From the NCBI GenBank assembly GCA_963850125.1, contig CAWKKB010000001.1:101546-165545 (forward strand): a DNA stretch of 64,000 nucleotides, in the 5' to 3' direction. The notes below the pieces were generated by a model, which was not told where the DNA came from, did not search any database, and worked only from the letters and a program-made list of their open reading frames with translations. The stretch comes from an uncultured delta proteobacterium. Lineage in GTDB: Bacteria; Desulfobacterota; Binatia; Binatales; Binataceae. Below, piece after piece: positions 8,875-18,016 of this stretch (position 1 is its first letter; every line of letters begins with the position of its first letter). The translations under genes were made by a program, and so were the position numbers.

Positions 8875-11751
8875 ATGGCGGCGGAATTGTTGCGGTTTCT
8901 CGATTTCGAACTCGACCGCGGGGCCTATCAGCTTCGTCATAAGGGCCGGAATGTGCGGCTCGAACGGATCCCGCTTGATCTGCTTTTTCTAATGGCAGAG
9001 CGGCGTGGACACCTTGTAACCCGCGAGGAAATCCTGCAGCGAATCTGGGGCAAAGACGTCTTCCTCGATACCGATAATGCGATCAACACAGCGGTGCGGA
9101 AGATCCGACGCGCCTTGCACGACGATTCCGATCGGCCGCGCTTCGTCATAACTGTCCCCACCAAGGGTTACCGCTTCGTTGCGCCAATGCTCGAGACGGT
9201 GCCGGTGTCTGAGTCCGCACCGCCTCGGCCTCCGCAGGGCGTCTTTGTAGGCCGCGTGCACGAAATTGCCCGGCTGCGTGGCGGTCTTGAGGAAGCCGCC
9301 GCCGGACACGGACGCTTGGCGTTGATCTCCGGCGTGCCGGGCGTAGGGAAGACGCGGCTTGCGCAGGAACTCGCCGAATCGGCGCGTGAGCTCGGGATGA
9401 GGACGATGCTCGGCCGCTGCGACGATCACGACCAGGCGGTGCCCTATCTCCCGTTCGTTGAAATACTGGAGAGCTGCGTCGAGCGGACACTAAAGACGGA
9501 ACAACTGCGGACGCTCCTGGGTGGCGAGAGCGCCGAGCTGGCATGCCTGATGCCGAAGCTCAGGCGATTGGTTCCGAATCTTCCTCCGCCGCTTGAGTTG
9601 CCTGCCGAGCAGGCGCGCCGTCATATGTTCAACAGCTTTTGCGACTTTCTGACGCGCATCGCCGGAGAGCAGCCGAGCTTGCTCATCCTTGACGACCTTC
9701 ACTGGGCCGACGATTCGACCCTGTCGCTGCTTCGTCACCTGGCGCTACGCTTGCCCTCTCTACCGATGCTGATTGTCGCGGCATACCGCGACGGCGAAAT
9801 TCAGACTTCGGATCGGTTGGCAAAGACCCTCGAAGATTTACTCCGCACTCGCGCCGCCATTCCGATTCGCCTGACTGGCCTCGGCCATGCGGAAGTCGGC
9901 CAGATGTTGACCGGCTTCAGCGGGCAGGCGCCGCCCGCCGCGGTGGTGAACGAGATCTTTCGCGAGACCGAAGGAAATCCGTTCTTCGTCGAGGAATTGT
10001 ATCTGCATCTCGAGGAGGAGAACCGGCTCTACGATGCGATCGGAAGCTTTCACCCGAATCTCGAAGTCGGCGACCTCGAGATCCCGGAAAGTGTCCGCCT
10101 GGTCCTAGGGCGAAGGCTAAGGCGCCTGAGCGCGTCGACCCGCGCGATGCTCGCTTGCGCGGCGGCGATCGGACATTCGTTTGAGTTGAAAGTTCTCGAG
10201 GCTGCGGCCAGGGCCGATAACATGCTGGAGAGCCTCGACGAAGCACAAAAGACCGGGATGATCTTCGCCAGCGCCGAAAGTCCGGAACTCCGTTTCGAAT
10301 TCTCCCATGAACTCATCCGCCAGACTGTCCTGAGCGATCTATCGGCGGCGCGTCGCCAGCAACTCCATCTCGATGTGGCTGGCACCGTTGAACGCGTCTA
10401 TTCCGACTCGACGGAAGAGCACGCGGTCGAATTGGCCCACTACTATCGCCTTGGCGGTAACATCAACAAAGCTGTCTCCTATCTGTGGCGGAGCGGAGTG
10501 CAGGCCGCGGAGCGCTACGCCAATTTGGAAGCGATCACGGCTTTCAGCCGCGCTTTGGAACTGCTGAAAAAGTTGCCTGACGATGAACATCGGGCCCGCG
10601 ACGAACTGAAGATACAAACCGAACTGACGCAAAGCTGGTGGGTTGTGGGCAGCCAGTCGGCTCCCGAGGCTCGGGCTGCAACCGAGCGATCGTTTGAGCT
10701 CAGTGAGAGGCTCGGAGACAGCTTTCCGCTTTACGTCGCACTCAACACGATGGTCTCCACCTACATGGATAGGGACGCACCGAAAGCGCGCGGGCTAGCG
10801 GAGCGTCAGCTGGCTCTCGCCACGCAAGGCGGCGACCGTAAGCAGATTGGGTTTGCTCACGCTGCGGCGATGGGACACGTTCTGGTGCTTCAAGGCGAGT
10901 TCGTGTCCGCGCGCGAGCATCTCGAAAAAGGGCTGGCAACCCTCGGGGTCGAATGGCGTCCGGGTAAGAGAGAGAACTGGGCTTCCTGGGCACAGAGTCC
11001 CGGCCTGTCACTTCTCGCGTGGGACTTATGGTTCCTTGGCTATCCCGACCAGGCGCTGAACCACCTGGCTCGAGCACTCAACGCGACCGAGGGCGACTCT
11101 GATCCGTACTGGCGATCATCAGGATGGTACTACGCTCTGCGCGTGTATGTATGCCTGCGCCATAAGCAAACCCTCGACCTGGCGCAAACGTTGGTCACTT
11201 ATTTGAAAGAACAGGGACTTCGTCATCTGGGCGGAATCGCTCCTCTCTTTGCGCTGTGGGCCCAGGCTTATCAAGGCCGGGCGGTTGAAGCAGTGAGCAG
11301 GATTGACGTCGCCAAAGCCGAGACCTATCGCAAAGAGCCGGTCGTAGGTTGGGTCTCTCTCATGATGGCCGACATGTTTGCCAAGGCCGGGAACGCGGCC
11401 GACGGACTCACGATGGTCGCGCGCGCCCTGCGCTTCTCCGGTGAGTCTGGGGTGTTAAGCCATCAGGCAGAAGTGCATCGGCTCAACGGCGAATTGCTGC
11501 TGATGCGGGATCGCGCGAAAATAGCCGCGGCCGAGCGCTGTTTCCGCGCCGCGATCGAGGTCGCGCAAAAGCAAAGCGCCAAATCATGGGAGTTGCGCGC
11601 CACCACGAGCCTCGCGCGATTGCTGCGCGATACCAATCGCCGCGACGAGGCGCGCGCGATGCTCGCGGAAATCTACAACTGGTTCACCGAGGGCTTCGAC
11701 ACCGCCGACCTGAAAGACGCCAAGGCGCTGCTCGACGACCTAAGCGCTTAA
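8875..11751 (+). CDS. OmpR-type winged-helix + STAND (AAA_16) NTPase + TPR regulator
   Basis: Trans_reg_C N-terminus (RFVITVPTKGYRF); Walker A GVPGVGKT; LILDDLHWAD; GNPFFVEE; C-terminal ELRATTSLARL...EGFDTADL. Confidence 0.9.
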   Translation: MAAELLRFLDFELDRGAYQLRHKGRNVRLERIPLDLLFLMAERRGHLVTREEILQRIWGKDVFLDTDNAINTAVRKIRRALHDDSDRPRFVITVPTKGYRFVAPMLETVPVSESAPPRPPQGVFVGRVHEIARLRGGLEEAAAGHGRLALISGVPGVGKTRLAQELAESARELGMRTMLGRCDDHDQAVPYLPFVEILESCVERTLKTEQLRTLLGGESAELACLMPKLRRLVPNLPPPLELPAEQARRHMFNSFCDFLTRIAGEQPSLLILDDLHWADDSTLSLLRHLALRLPSLPMLIVAAYRDGEIQTSDRLAKTLEDLLRTRAAIPIRLTGLGHAEVGQMLTGFSGQAPPAAVVNEIFRETEGNPFFVEELYLHLEEENRLYDAIGSFHPNLEVGDLEIPESVRLVLGRRLRRLSASTRAMLACAAAIGHSFELKVLEAAARADNMLESLDEAQKTGMIFASAESPELRFEFSHELIRQTVLSDLSAARRQQLHLDVAGTVERVYSDSTEEHAVELAHYYRLGGNINKAVSYLWRSGVQAAERYANLEAITAFSRALELLKKLPDDEHRARDELKIQTELTQSWWVVGSQSAPEARAATERSFELSERLGDSFPLYVALNTMVSTYMDRDAPKARGLAERQLALATQGGDRKQIGFAHAAAMGHVLVLQGEFVSAREHLEKGLATLGVEWRPGKRENWASWAQSPGLSLLAWDLWFLGYPDQALNHLARALNATEGDSDPYWRSSGWYYALRVYVCLRHKQTLDLAQTLVTYLKEQGLRHLGGIAPLFALWAQAYQGRAVEAVSRIDVAKAETYRKEPVVGWVSLMMADMFAKAGNAADGLTMVARALRFSGESGVLSHQAEVHRLNGELLLMRDRAKIAAAERCFRAAIEVAQKQSAKSWELRATTSLARLLRDTNRRDEARAMLAEIYNWFTEGFDTADLKDAKALLDDLSA

Positions 11752-11781
11752 CTCACCAAGGTACTGGGCGGAACAATTACA

Positions 11782-11967
11782 ATGCTTCAAGCCATCGCCA
11801 AGCATGAGCTACCCGCGATCAAGCATCTCTATCAGAATGCGCTTACTGACAGCGTGCGCTGGAATTTTGTGCCGCTCCGCGACGGCGACACCATCGTCAC
11901 CACCTCGTACAAGGCCGGTTCTAGGATGCAAACCATTGTTGCGAATCTCATTTTCGGGGGACGGTGA
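11782..11967 (+). pseudogene. Sulfotransferase N-terminal fragment
   Basis: DSVRWNF..RDGDTIVTTSYKAG(S)..MQTIVANLIF resembles the PAPS-binding KAGTTW region; only 61 aa. Confidence 0.65.
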
Positions 11968-13247
11968 CAGCCGTGAGCACCCAAGCCGTGGAGCCACTGG
12001 GTCTCGACACGCTCGACATTATCTCGCCGGATCACTACGCGCAAAACGGCTACCCGTACCGTGAATGGACTTACCTGCGCCGGCATGCCCCAGTCTACTT
12101 CTATGATCGCCCAAACGTCCGTCCGTTCTGGGCAATAACCAAACATGCTGACATCATTCAGATCTCGCGGCAGCCAAAGCTTTTCATTAACGCGCCGCAA
12201 CTACTGATCGCGACGCGTGACGTCGAGCTCAGTCCCCAAAGAAAACGCGCTGTCCGCCATCTGCTAAATATGGATCCGCCGGAGCACGCCAAGTATCGCG
12301 ACCTGGTAAACCGCCGCTTCACCCCGCGCGCGGTGCGGGCGCTAGAGGCCGAGGTCAGCGAGATCGCCGAACAGGTGGTGCAGGAAATCAGGCGCACGAA
12401 CAGCTTCACCGACAGCGCGCTCGAGTGCGACTTCGTCACCGATGTCGCATCTCGGATACCAATCGACGTGATTGCGGCGTTGCTCGGTGTGCCCAAGGCG
12501 GATCGGCCGCAACTCTTTCGGTGGACCAACCAGACCATCGGCTCAGCGGATCCCGAGTTCCAGCAGGGCGCCACTGCGCAGGAAACGATTCGTCTGTCCC
12601 GCGAAGCTCTCTTTGCCTACTTCGCTGACCTGGTCGAGAAGCGTCGCAAGGATCCTCAAGACGATCTCACGAGCGTCTTGGTACGTTCGAGCCTGGACGG
12701 AGATCCGCTGCCGTTCCCTGAGATGGCGTCCTATTTCCTTTTGCTGGTGGTTGCAGGTAACGAGACCACGCGCAATGCGACCTCCGGCGGCCTGCTTGCG
12801 TTTATCGAAAATCCGCATCAGTGGATTCTGCTGAAGCACAATCCCGGACTGCTGCTTAGCGCAGTTGAAGAGATCCTGCGCTGGACCTCGCCGGTGATCC
12901 AGTTCGCGCGCACGGCAGTGCAGGACCACGAGCTTCACGGCCAGAAGATCAAGGCCGGCGATTCGCTGGCGCTGTTCTACCCCTCAGCAAACCGCGACGA
13001 CGATGTTTTCGAGGAGCCGATCAGGTTTGACATCTCCCGCGATCCGAACCTCCACCTCGCCTTTGGGACCGGCGAGCACTTCTGCTTGGGCGCCAATCTA
13101 GCGCGCCTAGAGCTGGAGGTAATCTTCCGCGAGCTGGTAAAGCGCGTGGACTACGCCGAGCTGATGGGCCCTGTCGAGCGGCTGCGGTCGAGCTTCGCCG
13201 GTGGCATCAAGCACATGCCGGTCCGGCTCCACCTCTCTCAGGCCTAG
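11964..13247 (+). CDS. Cytochrome P450 (CYP125/CYP142-like)
   Basis: AGNETT I-helix, EEILRW (ExxR), FGTGEHFCLG heme ligand. Confidence 0.95.
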   Translation: MTAVSTQAVEPLGLDTLDIISPDHYAQNGYPYREWTYLRRHAPVYFYDRPNVRPFWAITKHADIIQISRQPKLFINAPQLLIATRDVELSPQRKRAVRHLLNMDPPEHAKYRDLVNRRFTPRAVRALEAEVSEIAEQVVQEIRRTNSFTDSALECDFVTDVASRIPIDVIAALLGVPKADRPQLFRWTNQTIGSADPEFQQGATAQETIRLSREALFAYFADLVEKRRKDPQDDLTSVLVRSSLDGDPLPFPEMASYFLLLVVAGNETTRNATSGGLLAFIENPHQWILLKHNPGLLLSAVEEILRWTSPVIQFARTAVQDHELHGQKIKAGDSLALFYPSANRDDDVFEEPIRFDISRDPNLHLAFGTGEHFCLGANLARLELEVIFRELVKRVDYAELMGPVERLRSSFAGGIKHMPVRLHLSQA

Positions 13248-13364
13248 TGTCGCGAGACTACTGCCTGTTACTCGGACTTGAGAGATACGGCTACGGCTGG
13301 TTCACCGGAGGGCTTCGGCTCTGCAGCCAAGCGATGGATGACAGAAAACGGCGGGCATGGTAGG

Positions 13365-14454
13365 TGTCGCTACCGAAAACCTCGTCCGGGGTGACGGAGT
13401 GCGATAGCTGTGCTAGTGGGGGGCGCAATGTTTGCACTCCTGACCAAAATCCTGCTCGTCGTACGATCCCGCCTGAAGTCACGGGCGAGACTCGAGGCCG
13501 AAAACATCGTCCTGCGTCAGCAGGTGATCGTCCTGAGCCGCAAGTCCCAATCGCGAGTGTGGTTCAGAAATATCGACCGGCTGATCGTCGTCTCGATGTC
13601 CCGACTGTTTCCCTCGATTCTGAACGCGATCACAGTGGTCAAGCCCGAGACCGTGATCCGCTGGCATCAGCGCGGCTTTAGGGCCTATTGGCAGTGGAAG
13701 TCTCGCCGACGTGGCGGCCGCCCCCGAATCGACCGCGAGATCCGCGATCTCATCCGACGGATGAGCAAGGAAAACCCACTGTGGGGCGCGCCGCGGATAC
13801 ACGGCGAGCTGCTGATGCTCGGCATCGCAGTCGCCCAATCAACGGTGGCTAGATATATGACGAGGCTACTGGGCCCACCTTCCCAGGGTTGGAAGACATT
13901 CCTGCGTAATCACGCAGGCGGGATTGCGTCCCTCGATTTGTTCGTAGTGCGAACGATCTCGTTCAAGTTGCTCTATGGCTTGGTCATTCTTCGCCACGCC
14001 CGAAGGCGCCTAGTGACTATTAGCGTGACGAGCAATCCGTCTGCAGAATGGATTGCAGGTCAAGTTACCGACGCCTTTCCCTGGGACGAAGCTCCGCGTC
14101 ACCTGATCCGTAACTGTGACGGAGCTTATGGTCCAGGCCCGCCGCATTCGTGCAATGGAGATCAGAGATCGGCCTACGGCGCCACGCTCGCCTTGGCAGA
14201 ACGGCCACGTTGAAAGGCTGATCGGATCGATACGTCGCGAATCTCTCGACCACCTCGTCGTGTTCAGCGAAGCGCACTTGCGCGCTGTCGTAAAGGCTTA
14301 CGCTTCGTACTACAATCAGGTCCGGACCCATCTCTCATTGGAGAAAGATGCTCCGGATTTTCGCAGGATCCAGAAGGTTGGCCGCATCGCATCGATTCCA
14401 ATCCTCGGCGGGCTCCATCATCAATATGTCCGACTCTAATTTTGAGTAGGCACA
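13365..14454 (+). mobile_element. Insertion sequence with integrase-core (DDE) transposase and TGT...ACA ends
   Basis: Left end TGTCGCTACCGAAAA; right end reverse complement TGTGCCTACTCAAAA; encloses transposase ORFs. Confidence 0.75.
13428..14439 (+). pseudogene. Frameshifted integrase-core transposase
   Basis: ENPLWGAPRIHGELL and WKTFLRNH in one frame; SPWQNGHVERLIGSIRRE in another; break near 14135. Confidence 0.85.
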
Positions 14455-14815
14455 GGATGCGCAACTCAGATTGACGCGGAGTGCTTACGAATTCCTTTCA
14501 GCCCGAATATCCGCTCAGTAAAAGAGTCGGCAGCGCCGACCCGCCTCCTCGTCGACGGCTACGTGATCGCGATCGCGGCCGCGCACGTGCCAGATATTGC
14601 AACGCAGGAATGCATGGTTCGAGCGGCGTGCGCCGGCGGACGGCGTGACCTGGCTCTACGACAGCACGGCCGGACCACGCATAAGAGGGTTCGAGGGGCG
14701 GTGAGTCCTCCTTAAGGGAAGTGATCGCTGATCAGCTTGCAGCAGCGGCGAAGAAGATTTTCGCGGGCCGTTCGCGAACGACTCTCACTCAGAATTTCGA
14801 ATCACTCGATCTCGG

Positions 14816-15583
14816 TCATTGCGCCATGAAGCCGCCATCTACCGGCATCGGCAGGCCCGTCACGTACGATGCGTGATCCGAGCACAGCCACGCGACTGTC
14901 TCGCCGATTTCCGAGGGCTCGCCGAGACGCCGCAGCGGGCCGCCACGCGCGAAACGCTCCTCGGCCTCGGGCCGCTTGCCGAGCAAGCGATCCATCATCG
15001 GAGTACGAATGGGACCGGGGCATACGGCGTTGACGCGGATGCCATGCTTGCCGTATTCGATCGCGGCTGCGCGCGTCAATCCCGCGACGCCATGCTTCGC
15101 CGCCACGTAGGCCGGCATTCCGCGGACTCCGGCCAGTCCCGCGCCCGACGACGTATTGACGATCGCGCCGCCCTTGCCTTGCTTGAGCATCTGCGCGAGC
15201 TCGGCCTTCATGCACAACCACACGCCGGTCAAGTTGATCGCCAGGACGCGGTCCCAGTTGTCGCGCTCGCACTCGTGAGTGAGGCCGTTTTTGCCCTCGA
15301 TGCCTGCGTTGTTGAACGCGCAATCGAGCTGTCCGTAGGTCGCGACCGCCTTCACGATCGCCGCTTCGACATCCTCGGTCTTCGAAACATCGGCCTTGAT
15401 GAAGATGGCGTCGTGATGTCCAGTGTCGGCGAGCATCGCGAGGGTTTGCTTGCCGCCGTCTTCGACAACGTCGGCAAGCACGAGCTTGGCGCCCTCGCGC
15501 GCGAAGATTCTCGAAGTTGCGCGACCGATACCAGAACCCGCGCCGGTAATGAGCGCGACTCTTCCTTCCAGGATTCCTGCCAT
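14816..15583 (-). CDS. Short-chain dehydrogenase/reductase
   Basis: TGAGSGIG, NNAG, YVAAK motifs. Confidence 0.95.
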   Translation of the reverse strand: MAGILEGRVALITGAGSGIGRATSRIFAREGAKLVLADVVEDGGKQTLAMLADTGHHDAIFIKADVSKTEDVEAAIVKAVATYGQLDCAFNNAGIEGKNGLTHECERDNWDRVLAINLTGVWLCMKAELAQMLKQGKGGAIVNTSSGAGLAGVRGMPAYVAAKHGVAGLTRAAAIEYGKHGIRVNAVCPGPIRTPMMDRLLGKRPEAEERFARGGPLRRLGEPSEIGETVAWLCSDHASYVTGLPMPVDGGFMAQ

Positions 15584-15588
15584 GTCAG

Positions 15589-16023
15589 TTATTCCTCTCG
15601 CTGTTGCATCGCGAAGCTGGTGAACTTGCGCGAGGCGAATTTCCACTTGCCGTCAACCTTCACATATTCGTCGTCATAGAAGCCGGTACCGATCCATTCG
15701 AAATTCTTCTTCGCGCTGCGCAGCTCGACGTAGCATCGCCCGCTCGCGGTGGTCTTGCTTTTCAAATCGACCACGTGATTGTGGATGTAGGGCCGCGGAT
15801 TGACCTCGCCGAGCGCGCCCGCATACATCTTACGCAACTCCGCGTGGCCTTTGCTGATGAACTCGCGCTTGCGCCCCTTGGAGATGAACTGCCCGTCCTT
15901 GGCGAACAGATCGATCATCGCGTCGAGGGCGTTCTGCCACACGCAATCGCAATAGCGCACCGGCAGGTCGCGGATAGCCTCGCGATCTGTGAGTTCCGTT
16001 AGCAATTCTTCATATCCGGGCAT
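15589..16023 (-). CDS. SnoaL-like/NTF2 family protein
   Basis: DREAIRDL..RYCDCV...GFYDDEYVKVDGKWKFASR. Confidence 0.85.
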   Translation of the reverse strand: MPGYEELLTELTDREAIRDLPVRYCDCVWQNALDAMIDLFAKDGQFISKGRKREFISKGHAELRKMYAGALGEVNPRPYIHNHVVDLKSKTTASGRCYVELRSAKKNFEWIGTGFYDDEYVKVDGKWKFASRKFTSFAMQQREE

Positions 16024-16148
16024 GCTCGATCCTCCATTTTTCGTTCCACGGAGTTAGTGGCGCCATTCAAGACACAGCAAAAAATCTGTGCAACAAATGC
16101 TCCTCCTTGGGTTCCCTCTTCTGCGGAGAGAGAAGTTCGGGGTGAGGC

Positions 16149-17315
16149 CTACAGCGCGGCGTAGAATGCGTCGAATAGAGCCGCCGCGCGCGTATCGATC
16201 AGCAATCCATTCGCCATCTGGTTCATGGTGTAACCGAAGCCAACTTTCTTGATCGGATCAGCGAATCCCAGCGAGCCGCCCGCGCCCGGGTGCCCGAACG
16301 CCTTGATGTTGGGACCGAAGCCCATCCCAGGCTGCGACAGCATGAAGCCCATCGAGAAGCGCGTCGGCATCTGCATCAGGGTCTGGTCGGGACCGAACGA
16401 TTGCTCAGCCCAGAAGCGCTCGATCGATTCCGGCCGCACGATACGATAGCCATCGACCTCGCCGCCGCGCGCGAGCGCGCCGTACATACGCGCCAGCGAG
16501 CGCGCCGTCGTATGCGCATTGGCACCGCCGATTTCCGCGCCGCGCCAGGCGCGCGAGTTGGGCACGTTAGGCTTGGTCAGGATGGGAGGATTCATGAACG
16601 CCGCGTAAGTCGGTCCCTTGGGATCCTTCTGCGCTTCCTCAAACAGATTTGGCATGCCGGGTTCCGGCGGCGGCGCCGGCAGGATGTCGGTCACCCGCGG
16701 ATCATGTTTCGCGTCAAGACCGATATGCGCATCGAGACCCAGCGGCTCGGCAATCTCGTTACGGAAATAAGTGCCGAGGCCCTTACCGCTAATGCGCCGA
16801 ATAACCTCTCCCACCAGCCATCCAATAGTGATCGCATGGTATCCGTGCTTGGTGCCGGGTTGCCAAAAGGGCGTGTGCTCGGCCAGTGCGGAAGCCATTG
16901 TGTCCCAGTTATAGATGTCCTCATCCTTCAGTGGCTTGGTGATCCCGGGCAGGCCCGCGCGATGGCTCAGGATGTAGCGTACCGGCAGATCCTTCTTGCC
17001 GGCCTGTGCGAACTCGGGCCAGTACTTCGAAACCGGCTCATCGGGATCGAGCTTGCGCTGATCGATCAAACGATGGGCGCAGGTCGCCGTGAGACCTTTG
17101 GTCGTAGAGTAGACGTTGACCAGCGTGTCGCGCTGCCATGGTTTGGTCTTCAATTTGTCGGTATGACCGCCCCAGATATCGACAACCGGCTTGCCGTCGA
17201 GCACGATTGAGCATGCGGCGCCGAGTTCTCCGCGTTTTTCCAGATTCTCCGCAAACGCTTTGCGCACACCCTCGAAGCGCTTGTCGATTTCACCTTCAAT
17301 TTTATAGTCGGCCAT
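16149..17315 (-). CDS. Serine hydrolase, beta-lactamase family (EstB-like esterase)
   Basis: SxxK (STTK), LSHRAGL, GYHA, FGHPGAGGS. Confidence 0.95.
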   Translation of the reverse strand: MADYKIEGEIDKRFEGVRKAFAENLEKRGELGAACSIVLDGKPVVDIWGGHTDKLKTKPWQRDTLVNVYSTTKGLTATCAHRLIDQRKLDPDEPVSKYWPEFAQAGKKDLPVRYILSHRAGLPGITKPLKDEDIYNWDTMASALAEHTPFWQPGTKHGYHAITIGWLVGEVIRRISGKGLGTYFRNEIAEPLGLDAHIGLDAKHDPRVTDILPAPPPEPGMPNLFEEAQKDPKGPTYAAFMNPPILTKPNVPNSRAWRGAEIGGANAHTTARSLARMYGALARGGEVDGYRIVRPESIERFWAEQSFGPDQTLMQMPTRFSMGFMLSQPGMGFGPNIKAFGHPGAGGSLGFADPIKKVGFGYTMNQMANGLLIDTRAAALFDAFYAAL

Positions 17316-17522
17316 CTGAAAGCCTCCCGCTTCGAATCCTATAGCACCGAAAACTCGAACTCTTCCAACCAGCCATGGGACCGAGCGGCCAAGCCTGACC
17401 GGTGGGTTGCCTGATCCTTTCCGGTTAGGCGCAATTCAATCGAATTACCAATTTCCCCGTCGGTTCTGGATCGTGGCATCGGAGTGAAGCCTAGGACGGT
17501 GTGGCGTGTGGCGAATTACTGG

Positions 17523-17720
17523 TTTCCCTGATCCGCCCTGTAAAATTCCCTGATCTGCAGAAATAATTCCCTGTTTCGCGATTAAAATTCCCTGTTCGGT
17601 TGAGTAGGGAATTTGCAGGAAAATCGCCGGCGGTTCCTCAGCTTTTCTGACATCAGTTGCCGGGATCAAGCCCTGAAATTCAAGAAATTCCCTGTTGTTT
17701 CCCTGTTTATCAGGGAATTT
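17523..17720. repeat. Array of (AA)TTCCCTG direct and inverted repeats
   Basis: CCCTG cores at 17526, 17548, 17569, 17590 (spacing 22/21/21), also 17536, 17671, 17690, 17701; inverted AGGGAATTT at 17606 and 17712. Confidence 0.8.
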
Positions 17721-17731
17721 GCCACAGAGAA

Positions 17732-17760
17732 GGGTTCGATCCAGACTGCGCCATCCGCCA
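17732..17760 (+). other. Degenerate tRNA-3'-like / att-like sequence
   Basis: GGGTTCGATCCAGACTGCGCCATCCGCCA: T-loop-like start and TCCGCCA end, about 257 bp from the recombinase stop. Confidence 0.45.
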
Positions 17761-18016
17761 CACAGTTTGTAGGATTCACATACAATTCGGAGAAGGCGGC
17801 AAATTGGCGCGTGGACGGGCCGATTCGCTCAATCCGTGGCACCGGAGAGACGGAGCAATGCTCATAAATTGCCAATTCAGCGCAATCCTCTCTGTTTCGA
17901 AAAGACTCGGTGCCACGGGCCGAGCCCTCCTAGCTGGCCCCTTGGACGCTTGATCTTTCGCCAGAATCGATGGGGCCTGGAGGTCTCAGAAGGGAGAAGG
18001 AAAAGGGGGGACGTTT

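Noticed and set aside
14545-14620. PIN/VapC toxin remnant (LVDGYVIAIAAAHVPDIATQ)
   Set aside because: About 20 codons of weak resemblance; insufficient without a search.
17523-17720. CRISPR array
   Set aside because: Repeats are only 8-10 bp, in both orientations, with ~12-bp gaps; no cas genes.
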